Below, piece after piece: positions 42,780 to 57,595 of a stretch of DNA of 64,000 bases. Origin of the DNA: Octopus vulgaris (Eukaryota). Both the position numbers and the translations under genes were made by a program. The stretch spans positions 110,360,001 to 110,424,000 of the forward strand of contig OX597819.1 of NCBI GenBank assembly GCA_951406725.2, read 5' to 3'. Each line of letters starts with the position of its first letter. The first letter of the stretch is position 1. Below the pieces are notes generated by a model. The model had not been told where the DNA came from. It saw nothing but the letters and a program-made list of their open reading frames with translations, and searched no databases.

Positions 42780-43176
42780 ATTCTTTTATTTGTTTCAGTC
42801 ATTTGACTGCGGCCATGCTGGAGCACCGCCTTTAGTCGAAAAAATCGAGCCCAGGATTCTTTGTAAGCCTAGTGCTTATTCTATCCGTCTCTTTTGCCGA
42901 ACCGCTAAGTTACGGGACGTAAACACACCAACATCGGATGTCAAGCGATTGTGATGGTGGTAGTGGGCAAACACACACACACATACAGACACACACACAC
43001 ACACACACACATACGACGGGTTTCTTTCAGCTTCCGCCTACCAAATCCACTGACAAGTCTTTGGTCGGCCCGAGGCTATAGTAGAAGATACTTGCCCAAG
43101 GTGCCACGCAGTGTAACTGAACCCGGAACCATGTGGTTGGTAAGCAAGCTACTTACCTCACAGCCACTCCTGCGCC
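42780..43176 (-). mobile_element. SINE family B, full length
   Basis: Head GGCGCAGGAGTGGCTGTGAGGTAAG through tail AATGACTGAAACAAATAAAAG. Confidence 0.88.
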
Positions 43177-44452
43177 TATCAAAAAAAAAATTAGCCCTAG
43201 AATTCATAAGACCGGTCACCCGGTTTCCATAGCATATAAATGACCGAAGTCCCCTTAAGGAGAATATCGGTCCTTTGCAGTGTTCAGACCAGTAATTTTT
43301 GAGGACAGGAAGCAAGTAGATTACATTGATCTCTGTACTTGACTGGTACTTTATTTTAGTCACCTTCGATGGAATGAAAGGCAAAGTTGGACTCAAGGGA
43401 TTTGAACTCAGAATGCAAAGAGCTGGAAGAAGACTCGCTAAGCATTTTGTTCGACGTGCATACGATTCTGCCAGCTCGCCCCCTTCATCGCACATACATA
43501 TACACACAACCTAAAAAATGAAAAAAAAAGCAGAATAATCAGGGTTATCATCGATGTAAGTTAAAATACGTTTGCTCCAATCAAGAATCGAACTCGAGTC
43601 TCAGTGTTTGATTTCCAATATAGACTAGTAGACATATTTGAGGAGGGTGGGTGGGTTGGTAGACAGGGACTGGTGGAGGTAGTGGAAGGAGACGAGATAA
43701 GAGAAAGGAACCGATGATAACCTTATAACGAGTAATTACAGCATCAGCAGCAACACAGCAACAACAACAGCAGTAGCAGTGGCAGCAGCAGCAGCAGCAG
43801 CAGGAGAGGTCTGATTGATCATAAAACAGCAGAGACAGGCAAAGTCAATGAATTTACGTACCGGACATGAAAGTCCTTGTTTTTGGCCGAATATTAGCCT
43901 GAAAATACGTCGCTGTACTTTCGGATCTTGAAACAGGACAGGCGTATATTAAATGTTAACTGGGTTGCGGATTAGTTTTCGACCTTTTAGTCTGAAAGTT
44001 TCGGGCAGAAAACACACATACATAAACATATGACATTATATATATATATTTATATATGTATTTGTGTGTGTTTGTGTGTGACACAAACAGAAGGTATGAC
44101 TACACACACACACACATATATATATATATATTAATGAATAGAGACAGACACATATTCACACACAAACATATACACAAACAGGGAAAATATTTCTGTGTGT
44201 GTGTACGTGTGTGCGTGTGTGTGTGTGTAAGTGAAAAGCATTTTCCACATTAATTATATATGACATTCCATAATGACACTTTGTTTTTCTGTTTGTGTTC
44301 CATATATACACAAATATATAAATGTACCATATATATATATGTATGTATTTTATAAAATATATATGTATGTCTTTATACATATACATACATATATATATGT
44401 ATGTATTTTATATAATACATATGTATATCTTTATACATATACATATGTATGT

Positions 44453-44497
<45 letters not shown>

Positions 44498-44932
44498 TAT
44501 GTATGTATTCATGTAAATATATATACAGACTAGATTTCTCTCTCACCCGCCAACCTACACACGCAGACATATGTAAATATGCATAAATATCAAACATCAT
44601 ATACATTTACATATGTTTCTTTGAAAACGTATATACATACATATGTTGTGTGTTTATGTATGTGTGTCTGTATGGTCTGTCTGTATGTCTGTATGCACAA
44701 ATATATATTCATGTATATGTATACATATAAGTGCATGTATATGTATGTATGTGTATATATATATGTGTGTGTATGTTTAAGTATGTGTATACATACATAC
44801 ACACATATCTTGAGAGACATATTCCTGTGCACATACGCATATATACATATATCTATCTATATGCACACACACACACACAAACAAATACACAAATACACAC
44901 ACATGCATACGTACATATCGTACAGATTTATA

Positions 44933-44990
<58 letters not shown>

Positions 44991-45581
44991 GAAGTGTAGA
45001 AGTAAATAAGTAAATAATTGTATGAAAATGTATTTGAAATCCCACCCAAATATTTTCCGTTTCTCCGAAGTTGTTTTTACAAGTCATATGATCGCATGGC
45101 TTCTGTTGTTGTTGTTGTTGTTGTTGCTGCTGCTTCTGCTGTGGTTGCTCTTTCTCTTGTCGTTGCTGCTGCTGTTGTTGTTGTTGTTAATCTTGTTATT
45201 ATAGTTGTGGTGTTGAATTTTTCGAATGTTTTACTGTGGTAAATGATGATGCTTATGACGACGATGACGACGACGACGACGACGACAACGAAGACGACGG
45301 CCATGACGATGATGATGATGACGATGATGATAATGATGATGATGATGCTGACGTTGCCGTTGTTGTTGTTTAGTCTTTATTGGCCCTGATCGAGCAGACC
45401 TGTGTCATAACATATCTAGGGCTACCTTACTTAATGTGACCTTACTACTTCTCTCTCTCTCTCTCTCTCCTTTTTTAAATTTTAAAGATTGTAAACTGTG
45501 ATTTAAGGAAGATATTTCGGTTGCCATTTGAAATACGCCTCGTGATCATGTAGATTTCCCCCTGATGGGTCGTAGATGATA

Positions 45582-45621
<40 letters not shown>

Positions 45622-46271
45622 CGACGATGACGATGAGGATGATGGTGACGATGATGATGGTGGTGGTAATCGTGGTGGTCACTATGATGATGATCATGAT
45701 GATGGTGGTGGTGGTGGTGATAGTGGTAGTTGTGATAATGGTGTAATGACGGGGATGATGTTAATGATGATGATGATGATGATGATGATGATCATGATGA
45801 TGATGATGATGATGGCATGGTGGTGATAGTGAAGACGACGACGACGAGGACGATGATGACGATAAAGATGATGTAGTGGTGATGATGATGATGGTGACGA
45901 CGACGACGACGACGATGATGATGATGATGATGATGGTGGTGATGGTGAGGATGGTGGCGGCGATGACGACGATGTAACAGTAATTAATGGTAGTAATGAT
46001 AACGTAGACCACGCTGCTGCTGATGATGGTGTTGATTCTGTTACAGTCCATATTGTAGTTCAATCCCCAGATCAGCCCTATCAAACATCTATTTCTTCTT
46101 TGTCTTTTTTTTGTGCCTTTCTTTAAAAAGGTTTATGGGGTGTGATTTGTGAAAGAGATAGCTGTTATTTCTGTCAGATCGAGTAGACGGTATTGTTGAT
46201 GTTTTGACCTTTGATCAACTCTGATCAAAGTCGTTCCAGCTTTGGCCACCATGTCTTTTTAGACTTATCTA

Positions 46272-47153
46272 CAATGTGTCCCAAAAGTCACTGACGGGTT
46301 TTATTTTTTAATAACTTCCTTAACTTTACAAATAAATGCATGAAATTTTGATACAGTATAAAGGACATAACGGAAATTGATATACACAAGTCAAATTTTG
46401 CAATACCACTACATCACATATGAAAAATGACATCACTTAGATGGCAGCCAAATTTCGGCTTCGTACGCCCGTGCTCTTTCCAAAACTTGCACTATAACAG
46501 CCACAAGACTTTCGGGCTCCACTTCTCTGATTTCTCTATTGATGTTCTCCTTCAGTTGCACCAGGATCTCCGGCTTGTTAACGCAAACCCTCTCTTCCAG
46601 GTATCCCCACAAGAAAAGAAATCCGGTCTAGTCAAGTCTGGGGAACGTGAAGGCCAGTTGGCATTGCCGTAACGGGAGATTATTCTCTCTCCGAAGCACT
46701 GCCGTAGCAACTGCATTGTTTCTCTTGCAGCTGCCCCATCTTGTTGGAACTGTGTATAAGGTCTAATTTGAATGGCCTTCACATTCCCCAGACTTGACTA
46801 GCCCGGATTTTTTCTTGCGAAGAGACCTGAAAGAAAGGGTTTACGTCAACAAACCGGAGACCCTGGTGCAACTGAAGGAGAACATCAATTGAAAAATCAA
46901 TGAAATGGGGTCTGAAACTCTTGAGAGTGTTGTGGTGCAATTTTTGGAAAGAGCACGGGCGTGTGAAGCCGAAAATGACTGGCATTTAAGCGATGTCATA
47001 TTTGTATGTGATGTAATGGTGTCGTAAAATTTGACTGATGCATATTAATTTCCATTATATTTTTTATATTGTATCAATATTTCCTGCAATTATTTGTTAA
47101 GTTAAGGAAGTTATTAAAAATTAAAATCCCTCAGTAACTTTTGAGACACCCCG
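46272..47153. mobile_element. Foldback (long-TIR) Tc1/mariner derivative built from two inverted transposase 3' ends
   Basis: About 385-bp arms (46272-46656 and 46773-47153), TA on both flanks; minus frame FQQDGA..GERIISR....WPSRSPDLTRPDFF. Confidence 0.88.
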
Positions 47154-47191
<38 letters not shown>

Positions 47192-47974
47192 TCACCACTA
47201 CCATCACCACTGCCGCAGCCGTCACACCGCTACAGCCGCCGTCACCACCGTCGCAGCCGCCGTCACCGCCGCAGTCGCCGTCACCATTGCCGCAGTCGCT
47301 GTTAACACCACCGCAGCCGCCGTCACCACCTTGTCCATGGTATGTTTTTTTTTTTCTTAAGATGACATGTATTTGTAGGAAATTTGTAGATTTGGCTGTT
47401 ATATATACCAACGATTCTTCAGGGAGTAGTTGCTTTTGATGATGTTTTTGAAGTTTTTTTTAGCCCCTGGTCAGCTTTGCTCAAAGTGACATATGATAAC
47501 GACCGTTACAGTTGTGGCCATTCGGCCTTTTTTTGCCTCCAGTTATCCATCATGGCTATAGAAGCAGGCATGCTAGTGTGGTGAATAAGCATGCTTTGCA
47601 AACACGTGGTTTTGGGTTCAGTTCCACTGTACAGCAGCTTGGTCAAGTGTTTTCTACTATAAGATCGGCCCAATCAACGCTTTGTGAGTGCATTTCGTAA
47701 ACGGAGACTGTGTGGAAGCCCCTGTTATAAATATGTTTGTATCTGTGTTTGTCACTGTTTCCAAAATGCTTAGCGGTATTTTGTCCGTCTTTACGTTCTG
47801 AGTTCAAGTTTGCCTCTCATCCTTTCGGAGTCAATAAAACAAATACCAGCTGAGCCTTCGGGTCAATGTAATTGACTATCCACCTCCCCCCAAATTGCTG
47901 GCTGTGTGCCAACATTTGAAATCTTTATTGTAGGTGCTCTTTCTCTTTAAAGACGGAAAATATCACTTGTTTTC

Positions 47975-48557
47975 TACTCTAGGCACAAAGCCCTAAATTT
48001 TTGGGGAGAGGACCAGTCGATTAGATCAATCCCAGTACACAACTGGTACTTAATTTATCGACCCCGAAACGATGAAAGGCGAAGTCGATCTCGGCGGAAT
48101 TTGAACTCAGAACGTAAAGACAGACGAAATACCTATTTCTTTACTACCCACAAGGGGCTAAACACAGAGAGGACAAACAAGGACAGACAAACGGATTAAG
48201 TCGATTATATCGACTCCAGTGCGTAACTGGTACTTATTTAATCGACCCCGAAAGGATGAAAGGCAAAGTGGACCTCGGCGGAATTTGAACTCAGAACGTA
48301 GCAGCAGACGAAATACCTATTTCTATTTCTTTACTACCCACAAGGGGCTAAACACAGAGAGGACAAACAAGGACAGACAAACGGATTAAGTCGATTATAT
48401 CGACCCCAGTGCGTAACTGGTACTTATTTAATCGACCACAAAAGGATGAAAGGCAAAGTCGACCTCGGCGGAATTTGAGCTCAGAACGTAGCGGCAGATG
48501 AAATACCGCTAAGCATTTCGCCCGACGTGCTAACGATTCTGCCAGCTCATCGCCTTC
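47975..48557 (-). mobile_element. SINE family A, 3-unit tandem array
   Basis: One head; B-box units near 48103, 48287 and 48478; the same AAATAG|GTATTTC junction twice. Confidence 0.9.
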
Positions 48558-48860
48558 CAGAAAATATAAATTGAGGGAGACATATCTGGCTGCATGATTA
48601 TGCACACCTGTCGACAACAACTGTAACAGCAACAACTATAGTAAATGCATCGACATCATCCTCGACAATAATTACAACAACAGCAACTCACATTGCAGCA
48701 AGCCAATGAGGGAGCCTCTAAGTAGTCATTTGATCTGCTAGAAATAAGAACCAAATCACCACCATGCATTCTTATAAGGGTAATATACGTTGAAATATAG
48801 AGAGACGAGAATGTTTTAGTCTACACAGCAATATAATCATTACCATCATACTTTTACACG

Positions 48861-49443
48861 CACCTGTGTATTACACATGCGTGTCTCACCTGTATTTGCC
48901 CCATATGGTTCATTCATATTATCTCTGAATGTCCCACCTGTATATCCTACTTTTATGTACTATTTGTATGCTCCACACGTGTCCCACCTGTATTTTACAT
49001 CTTACGTCCAACATTATTTGCTACTTGTGTAGGTCACTTATATATCCCAGGTGTTTGTCTCACCTGTAACATCCACTTGTATGTTGCATTGAAATTTCTT
49101 AATTGTTTGTCTCTCTTGTATAACCCACGATATGCTCACCTGTGCATTTCACCTATACGCCTCACCTGTATGTTCTACTTTTATACACTATTTGTATGAC
49201 TCACATGTGTGTCTCACACACACTATTTCACACTCTATATCCAACATGTATTTTCTACTTGTATGTTGCAGGTGTTTGTCTCACCTTTTCGTCCCACCTA
49301 TGTCTTTCCTGTATGTTCCACCCTATATCTCACCTAGATTCCCCCTGTCTCACTTACGTACCCCACCGGTATATCACATATGCATCTTCCAATTGTAGGC
49401 GTCACCTATACGTTAAATAGATCTCACCTGTACATCTCACCTG
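48861..49443. repeat. Degenerate minisatellite-like tract rich in CACCTG
   Basis: 9 CACCTG and 2 CAGGTG in about 580 bp; internal diverged duplication offset by about 225 bp. Confidence 0.7.
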
Positions 49444-50031
49444 CATGTTCCACATATGTCCACCCCTATATACTTAGGCTATGCAGCAGGAAACTGCCTA
49501 CCTCTATTTTAAATCATCTATCTAAACACTGAGACATCTATGAAACTAATAGGTTGAAGCCCCATTTGCTAGAAAGAGTAGCACAGTTTTCCTCAAATTA
49601 CACTCAATGGTCTTAAATAACGTAATCTCTATTAGACTCTTATATACAAAAAGACTTGATGGTCACGCATGAGCACATTTGGCTATAGATTAGCTGAATC
49701 AGATTAAATCTGAGGCTAAACAACAAAAATAACAACTATCAACATGTCCACGAACTACTTGTATATAATGCCAGTTTACCAATTTACCAATTTACCAACT
49801 AACGTATATATCTAGTACCTACCTACCTACATACATACATACATACGTACCCACCCATCAATTAATCAACTTGCTGACATGATGTTAATGTTGATTTAGA
49901 CGCATGAGCATCCAGTGGTTCGATCAGTTGAACAACTCTCTTGCTTCCGGTTCATCATGATCATCATTACCACCACCGCCGCCACCGCCGCCGCCGCCGC
50001 CGCCGCTGCCACCAGCACCACTACCACTACC

Positions 50032-50062
<31 letters not shown>

Positions 50063-50093
50063 CTTCTTCTTCTTCTTCTTCACCTCTTCCTCT

Positions 50094-50130
<37 letters not shown>

Positions 50131-50855
50131 ACCATCATTATCATCATCGTCATCACCACTACCTACACGCAACACTACAACCACCACCACCACCACCACC
50201 ACCACCACTACCACCATCACCATCACCACCACCACCACCACCACTACCACCAGCCACCAAAATGCACACAACACGCATACACATATACACTACTACTACC
50301 ACCATCGACAACAACGACAACAACAACAACACTAGCAACAGTGTTGCCACTACAACTTGAACTACAGCTGCGACAATATAACATATCGTAATTACCACTC
50401 TAAGAGTCAACACCTCAAATACAATCACCGCAACAACAGCAACAACTTAACAGAAAACAACTTTCGTACACTACAACTACAGCCCACACACACACACACA
50501 CATACACACATACACTGACACACACACACACACGCACACAGCTGCAACTAAATGCCATTGCAATAACAAACACAAACTCCGCTATTACCAAATTCACCAC
50601 TATTCTCACCACCACACCCACAAATAGACCCCTAAACACCACCTTCTCCAGCTTCAGCACTCAACACCACTACCACCACCATCACTGCCACCCACGCCGC
50701 CGCCACCTCTACCACCACCACCTGTACCACTATAAAAGCACATGACCAATACTGTCTACATCCCCATCACACCCCGGCCCATAATGTCACCACACCTTCT
50801 ACTGAAAGAAGAGACGGTCATTAGATCATATTGTGTGTATATGAATGTATATATA

Positions 50856-50934
<79 letters not shown>

Positions 50935-51521
50935 AAACATATATGCATATATATGAATATTTATGCCTACATAGAAACATATATACAAACATCTATACAT
51001 ATACGCATATATATATATATATATATACATTCATATACATATACATACATAAATATACATATATATATACATATATATATATACACACATATATATATAC
51101 ATACTTATGTGTATATATACACACACATACATACATTTGAAAACGTATCTATATCTATATGCATATGTATGTTTATGCATTCGCATACATATATGAATGT
51201 CTGCATACATACACACATCTATATGCATATACACATAAGCGTGTGCGCGCAAATACATACACACGCACATATGTACGTACCCAGTGTTGCCCTTGTGGCA
51301 ATGGCTGCCACTGGGACCGGAAGTTTTAATGTCACGTAAGTGTTGAGTTTGGTAATAGTGGTTTATGGTATTAAAGTATTTCACCAAAGGGCTTTGGTGC
51401 CTAGAAAGAGTGGATGGTCTATCAACAAATAATGTAGAAGCTTTGTGTACAGACATGTGTACATGGGTGTATATTTGTGAAATTCTGTATTTGTTATGGG
51501 GTTTTGTATGTATGTATGTAA

Positions 51522-51573
<52 letters not shown>

Positions 51574-51700
51574 GTATGTATGTATGTATGTACCAGCAGG
51601 CTTCTTTCAGTTTCCGTCAACCAAATCAACTCACAAGGCTCTAGAGGAAGACACTTGCACAATGCGCCACGCATATATAATCATGTATACACACACACAT

Positions 51701-51732
<32 letters not shown>

Positions 51733-51857
51733 CCGAAATTACTACGATGATCCGGTTCTTGACTGAAGACTGAGGGTTTCGAATGTCCTGTCCGTGTTTA
51801 TTGTGTCGTCTTCTAAGAGTTATACGTTCTTGTCCATGTTGTATTTTTCTACATACC

Positions 51858-51940
<83 letters not shown>

Positions 51941-51961
51941 TATATAATATATATATATTTG

Positions 51962-52012
<51 letters not shown>

Positions 52013-52079
52013 TATATATCGACATGGCCTGGGCCTATACTGGCCGAAAACTAAGTTATCTAAGTTATATATATATATA

Positions 52080-52257
52080 GGGAGAGTTTACGACAAAAAA
52101 AACCTCCAAAAGACGAAGACAGGTGGTGTACAAAACAAACAGATGTATTAGTATAACGTTCAGGAATAGAAAAAGTCTTTTATGTTTCGAACCTACGCTC
52201 TTCTACAGAAAGGGACACAGAAAAATCAAGAAGAGAACAAAAATGTGTGTAATGGCT
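52080..52257 (-). mobile_element. Penelope-like pLTR with minimal HHR (CUGUAGA core) in (TA)n
   Basis: Same ends as 55356-55525: (TA)n|GGGAGAGTTTACG...TGGC|(TA)n. Confidence 0.75.
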
Positions 52258-52693
52258 ATATATATATATATGCATAGATGTAGGTACGTATATAGATAGA
52301 CATAGGCATTCAAAGAGAGCTAATCATATCTATACATGTATGTGTGTTTGCATGAATGCTTATTGAATTGTATGTGAATGTCACGTTGTCGAGTGTTAAA
52401 ATGATTGGACTAGAGTAGCAGCTCAACTTTATATAAATTTAATATTCGGAAGCTCGCCGAAGGTGATTGGTTATCAAGAATCGTTAGCAGTACACCTGAA
52501 ATTGCTCTGTTAATCTATGCACACATGCTTATATACATGCTTATACGTTACTGGTATCGAAATGAAGGAAGTAGTACTCAATAAAGGGATTGTCTATAAA
52601 GAATTTAATTCGATCAACCGGAGCAGAGTTGGTTGACTCTCAGAGTGAGCGAATGAGATTGTACATACATACATACATACATACATACATACA

Positions 52694-52726
<33 letters not shown>

Positions 52727-52790
52727 GTATGCCTGTGTGTCTCTGCTGTATGTGTGTGTATATATGTGTGTCTGTATGTATGGACGAGTA

Positions 52791-52835
<45 letters not shown>

Positions 52836-52979
52836 TGTATATGTATTTTATATGAAGTATCTCAATGCCCCCAAGTTTACATCAAACAATGGGCAGACTC
52901 CACCTTCAATTCAATACAAGAATATGTGGTAGAGACATAAAGACATTCAGGCAACTTAATAAGTATCACAACTTCCCTT

Positions 52980-53710
52980 AATGAATCGAATGCCACCGTT
53001 ATATCATCTCCTTTGCCTTCCTCTCTTTCCAACTCTTTGCATCTCTCTCTCGTTTTTCCCCCTCTCGCATTTTTCTCTCTTCCTCTATTCCGTTTGGTCT
53101 TCATTTCTCCATTCCTCATTCTTGACTAAATTGCTGTTAATTACTGAGACAGAAATGTTATATATGACAATATTTTACTCTGACATTGAAGCTGTTAGTT
53201 TTTCAATAAAACAGACGACACCCGATACAAACATGGCGACTGTATTCATGTTTCACGATGAATGTTAAAAACAAAACCAAATACAACAAAAAACGACCTA
53301 ACCAAAACAATAACAAAACATAATAACGCAGTCCAGAACGTGACAAAATATCAACATTGATGATATACTAGTTTCTAATATCTCTGGCTCATTACAGTAA
53401 ATTTGCAGCCTGTTAAGCCGTGTGGGACCAATTTTCTCAGTGGTCGTGGTAGTCGTGGTGGCTGTTGTGGTTGTGGTAGATTAGTGGTGGATGATTCTGT
53501 AGTCTTATACACACCCACACGAGTACAAACACTCGTATACGCACACTCAAATACATACGCACTCACATACATATAAGGAGTTAGCGAGAGACCTAACGCT
53601 ACAAAAGAGAGAAGAGAGAAAGGTAGATGGAAAAGAACAAGAGATAGACGCAAAGTGTTGGAAAGAGAGGAAGGCGGGGGAGATGATATAACGGCGGTAT
53701 TCGATTCATT
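52980..53710. repeat. About 85-bp inverted repeats flanking about 560 bp (possible long-TIR MITE)
   Basis: AATGAATCGAATGCCACCGTTATATCATCTCC..GCCTTCCTCTCTTTCCAAC matches the reverse complement of 53625-53710; no TSD seen. Confidence 0.75.
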
Positions 53711-55280
53711 GACGCGCTAACGGTTCTATCAACTTAGCGGGGGATTATTATAATCCTTTCTACAATAGACACAAGGTCGGAAGTATTGGGGGAGGAGGCT
53801 AGTTGATTTCAGCAACCCCAGTGCTTATTTTATTGACCCCGAAAGCGTGAAGGGTAATGTTAACCTCGGAAGAATTTGAATACGGAAGAGAAAGGTGATT
53901 GAAACGTAGCTAATCATTTTATCCGCGTACTAACGATTCTACTAGCTTGCTGCCTTCCTTTCTAATACAAGCACAAGACTACTGCAGTTTTGGGGGAGGC
54001 GATAATCGATTGCATCGATCTCAACACTTGACTGGTTCTTATTTTATCGACCCCCGAAAGGATGGAAGTCAAAGCCGACCTCGGTGTTATTTGAACTCAG
54101 AACACAAAGACAGAAGAAATGCCGTTTAGAATTTTGCGACGCACTAACGATTCTGCCAACTCGCTGCCTTATTGTGGATCCTTATAATGTTTTATTGTAG
54201 CGAGCTGGCAGAGTCGTTAGCACAGTGGACGAAATGCTTAGAGGTACTTCACTCATCGCAATGTTCTGAGTTCAAATTCCGCTGAGGTTGACTTTTCCTT
54301 TCATTCTTTCAGGGTCAATAAATTAAGTATCAGTGAAACACTGGGGTCGATGTAATCGACTATTCCCTTCTCTATCCAAATCTGAGGCCTAGTGCCTCCA
54401 GTAGAAAGGGTTATAATGTTTTATTGCTTTAGGACAAAGTATGAAACTTTGAAACTATTTTGTTATCAAGTTATCATCAAGTTGTACATCTCCCATCTTT
54501 ATATGTATTTATGGTCAAGAACGTTAGCAGTCGAAGTAAAGTACTTGGGTTCAATTCTGAGCTAAACTCAGAATGTTTAACACCCACATAGATGTAAAAA
54601 GAGTGCAACAAATGACAAGACACATTGTTGGAAAAGACCTATCCAACCCATCAAGTTTAGTAAAGTGTACATAAAAAAATAATGATGATTTTATACACAA
54701 CACAGGTGTGCATAATTGAAATACATTTTAAATACTAGAAAGCCTTTACGCAGCTGCTAACTTTCTATGACATCAATTAAAGAAGGAGATTTGGTATGCA
54801 TCTCTGATGATCATTAAGCAAATTGTGAAATGGTCCTTCAGGGGACTCATCACCATTTTTCCCGCCCCTTAAAAGCATAGAAGAAATATATTTACATTAT
54901 TATATTTTCCTGTCAGAGCTAATATTTAAAACTGCTTTTCAGTTCAATGCCATACAATTCAAGTAGGGTACTTATAGCATATACTGTCTCTCTTTTCAAC
55001 GGTTTCTCATAAAATTAAGAATATATGTAAATAAAAACTCTAAAATGTTATTTATATTCACTTATGTATTTTAGGACGCGTTGCATTCCTCTGTGACTCA
55101 TGTAGGAAAGAGCAGACGTGTTCTGTGTATAAGACGTTTGCTTCTCAACCATATTGTTCCTGGTTCAGTCCCACTGTGCTGCACTTCGGGCAAGATTTTT
55201 TTCTATATCCACAGGTACAAAAGCCTTGTGAGTGGATGTGGTAGATGGAAACTGTGTGGAAGCTCCTCGTATGTATGTAT

Positions 55281-55355
<75 letters not shown>

Positions 55356-55358
<3 letters not shown>

Positions 55359-55525
55359 AGAGTTTACGAAAAAAACAAAAGTCGAAGATAGGTGGTGTAC
55401 AAAACAAACAGATGTATTAGTATAACGTTCAGGAATAGAAGAAGTCTTTTACGTTTCGAGCCTACGCTCTTCTACAGAAAGGTACACAGAAAAAACAAGG
55501 AGAGAAAAAAATGTGTGTAGTGGCT
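55356..55525 (-). mobile_element. Penelope-like pLTR with minimal HHR (CUGUAGA core) in (TA)n
   Basis: Minus strand 55444-55485: CTTT-CTGTAGA-A-GAGC-GTAG-GCTC-GAAAC-GTA-AAAG. Confidence 0.78.
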
Positions 55526-55560
55526 ATATATATATATATATGTATGTATATATGTGTATT

Positions 55561-55607
<47 letters not shown>

Positions 55608-55638
55608 AGTAATGGCGCAAAGTAGTGCTTACGTAAGT

Positions 55639-55751
55639 TCACATATTTCAACTTCTAATGGTAAATACACTGCAGTTACTGTGGAGAAAAAGAGATATTT
55701 TTTCTCCACGGTAACTGTAGAGTATTTGCCTTTAGCAGTTGAAATATGTGA
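55639..55751. repeat. Imperfect hairpin with 53-bp arms in a (TA)n-flanked insert
   Basis: TCACATATTTCAACT...GTGGAGAAAAA / TTTTTCTCCAC...AGTTGAAATATGTGA. Confidence 0.85.
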
Positions 55752-55791
55752 CAAATATATTTCAACTAACCTAAATTGTCATTATATACAT

Positions 55792-55882
<91 letters not shown>

Positions 55883-56317
55883 CCTGTCGTAAGACTTCCT
55901 TCCACAAACGCCAGCTTAATTTAATCGTTCTTAGTCGAAAGACACCTGTTGTTAATATCCTGTTGTTTGTATTTGTAACTGTGTACCATTTCTCTGTTTT
56001 TTTTCCGTCCTTGTTTTCGTATACATTCGCTTTCTTTCTTTCAAAGAATCTAGTGCTCTTAGCATAGATTTTCTTTGGGGCTGGCCAGATTAGAGCAGTC
56101 TCAAGAATAACCGGTCGAAACTGCAACGACGATCTGGTACTCGACTGAAGATTAAAACCTCCGAATGACCCGTCCTTGTTTTTTTCTGTCCTTTTTTGTA
56201 TCGTGTTAGGGTCCGAATGTTTTGTCGTCGCCTGTTATGTTCTTGTTCCATTTTTTGTTTTCTTTATATATATATATATGTGTGTGGGGGGGGTATGTAT
56301 ATATATATATATGTATG

Positions 56318-56365
<48 letters not shown>

Positions 56366-56756
56366 TGTGTATATATGTATGTATGTATATGTTTATATGT
56401 ATAGATATATATATGTATATATATACATATATATACATGCGTACATATATGTATATGTACATATATGTTTATGTATATATAAATTACATCTATAAATATG
56501 AATCTCTCTCTCCCTCTCTATCTATTAATATTTATATCTACACACACACACAAACATTACCATCTGTGTGTACTATTTGTATAAATATTTATATACACAT
56601 ATATGTATGTGTGAGTATGCGCATATACATAAATCATCATATTCCCAAATGTATATATATATATATATAGAAACAAAAATATTGATCATCCCAAAACATG
56701 TATATGTTCCCAAATGTATATATATATATAGAAACAAAAATATTGATCATCTCAAA

Positions 56757-56787
<31 letters not shown>

Positions 56788-56849
56788 GGCATATATAGCA
56801 CATTGCTTTGAGTGTGTCTATATTGCTACCCATCCATCAACCCGGCCTT

Positions 56850-56924
<75 letters not shown>

Positions 56925-56933
56925 GTCTATCAG

Positions 56934-57016
<83 letters not shown>

Positions 57017-57461
57017 GGTTGTTTGTCTGTCTGTCTGTCTGTCTATTAATCTTTATCCATTATTTCTCGGGAATCGATCAGTTTGTTTATCTCTGTCCAC
57101 CTTATATGCCCTCACTGTTCAGTAACAACGGCAGGTGTCACATAAAACAGCGCGTAAACGAGAAGAAAATGCAGAGCAAACGATGGAGACGCCGTGAAAC
57201 AATATGGCGTCGGTCTGATTAATTTTCCTTCTCGTCTATCGCATTTCCCGCCAACCAGCGTCTCAATGATATCTCACTTACTTTAAACTGACAGGAACAT
57301 TCTGGAAATACGAAACCGTACGTGATACATTTTTTTGCACATATATCATCCCTCCACCCCCTCCTCCCCCAACAACAACACAAACACCACCACCACCTAC
57401 TACTACTACAGCTGCTGCTGCTACTACTACTATTGCTGCTGGTACTACTACTACTACCACC

Positions 57462-57515
<54 letters not shown>

Positions 57516-57537
57516 GCTGCTGCTACTGCTGCTGCTG

Positions 57538-57595
<58 letters not shown>

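Noticed and set aside
51730-51860. GACTGAAGA..CGAATG repeat, also at 56110-56180
   Set aside because: Probably a (TA)n-embedded repeat family, but it lacks GAAA and stem II, so it was not called as a ribozyme
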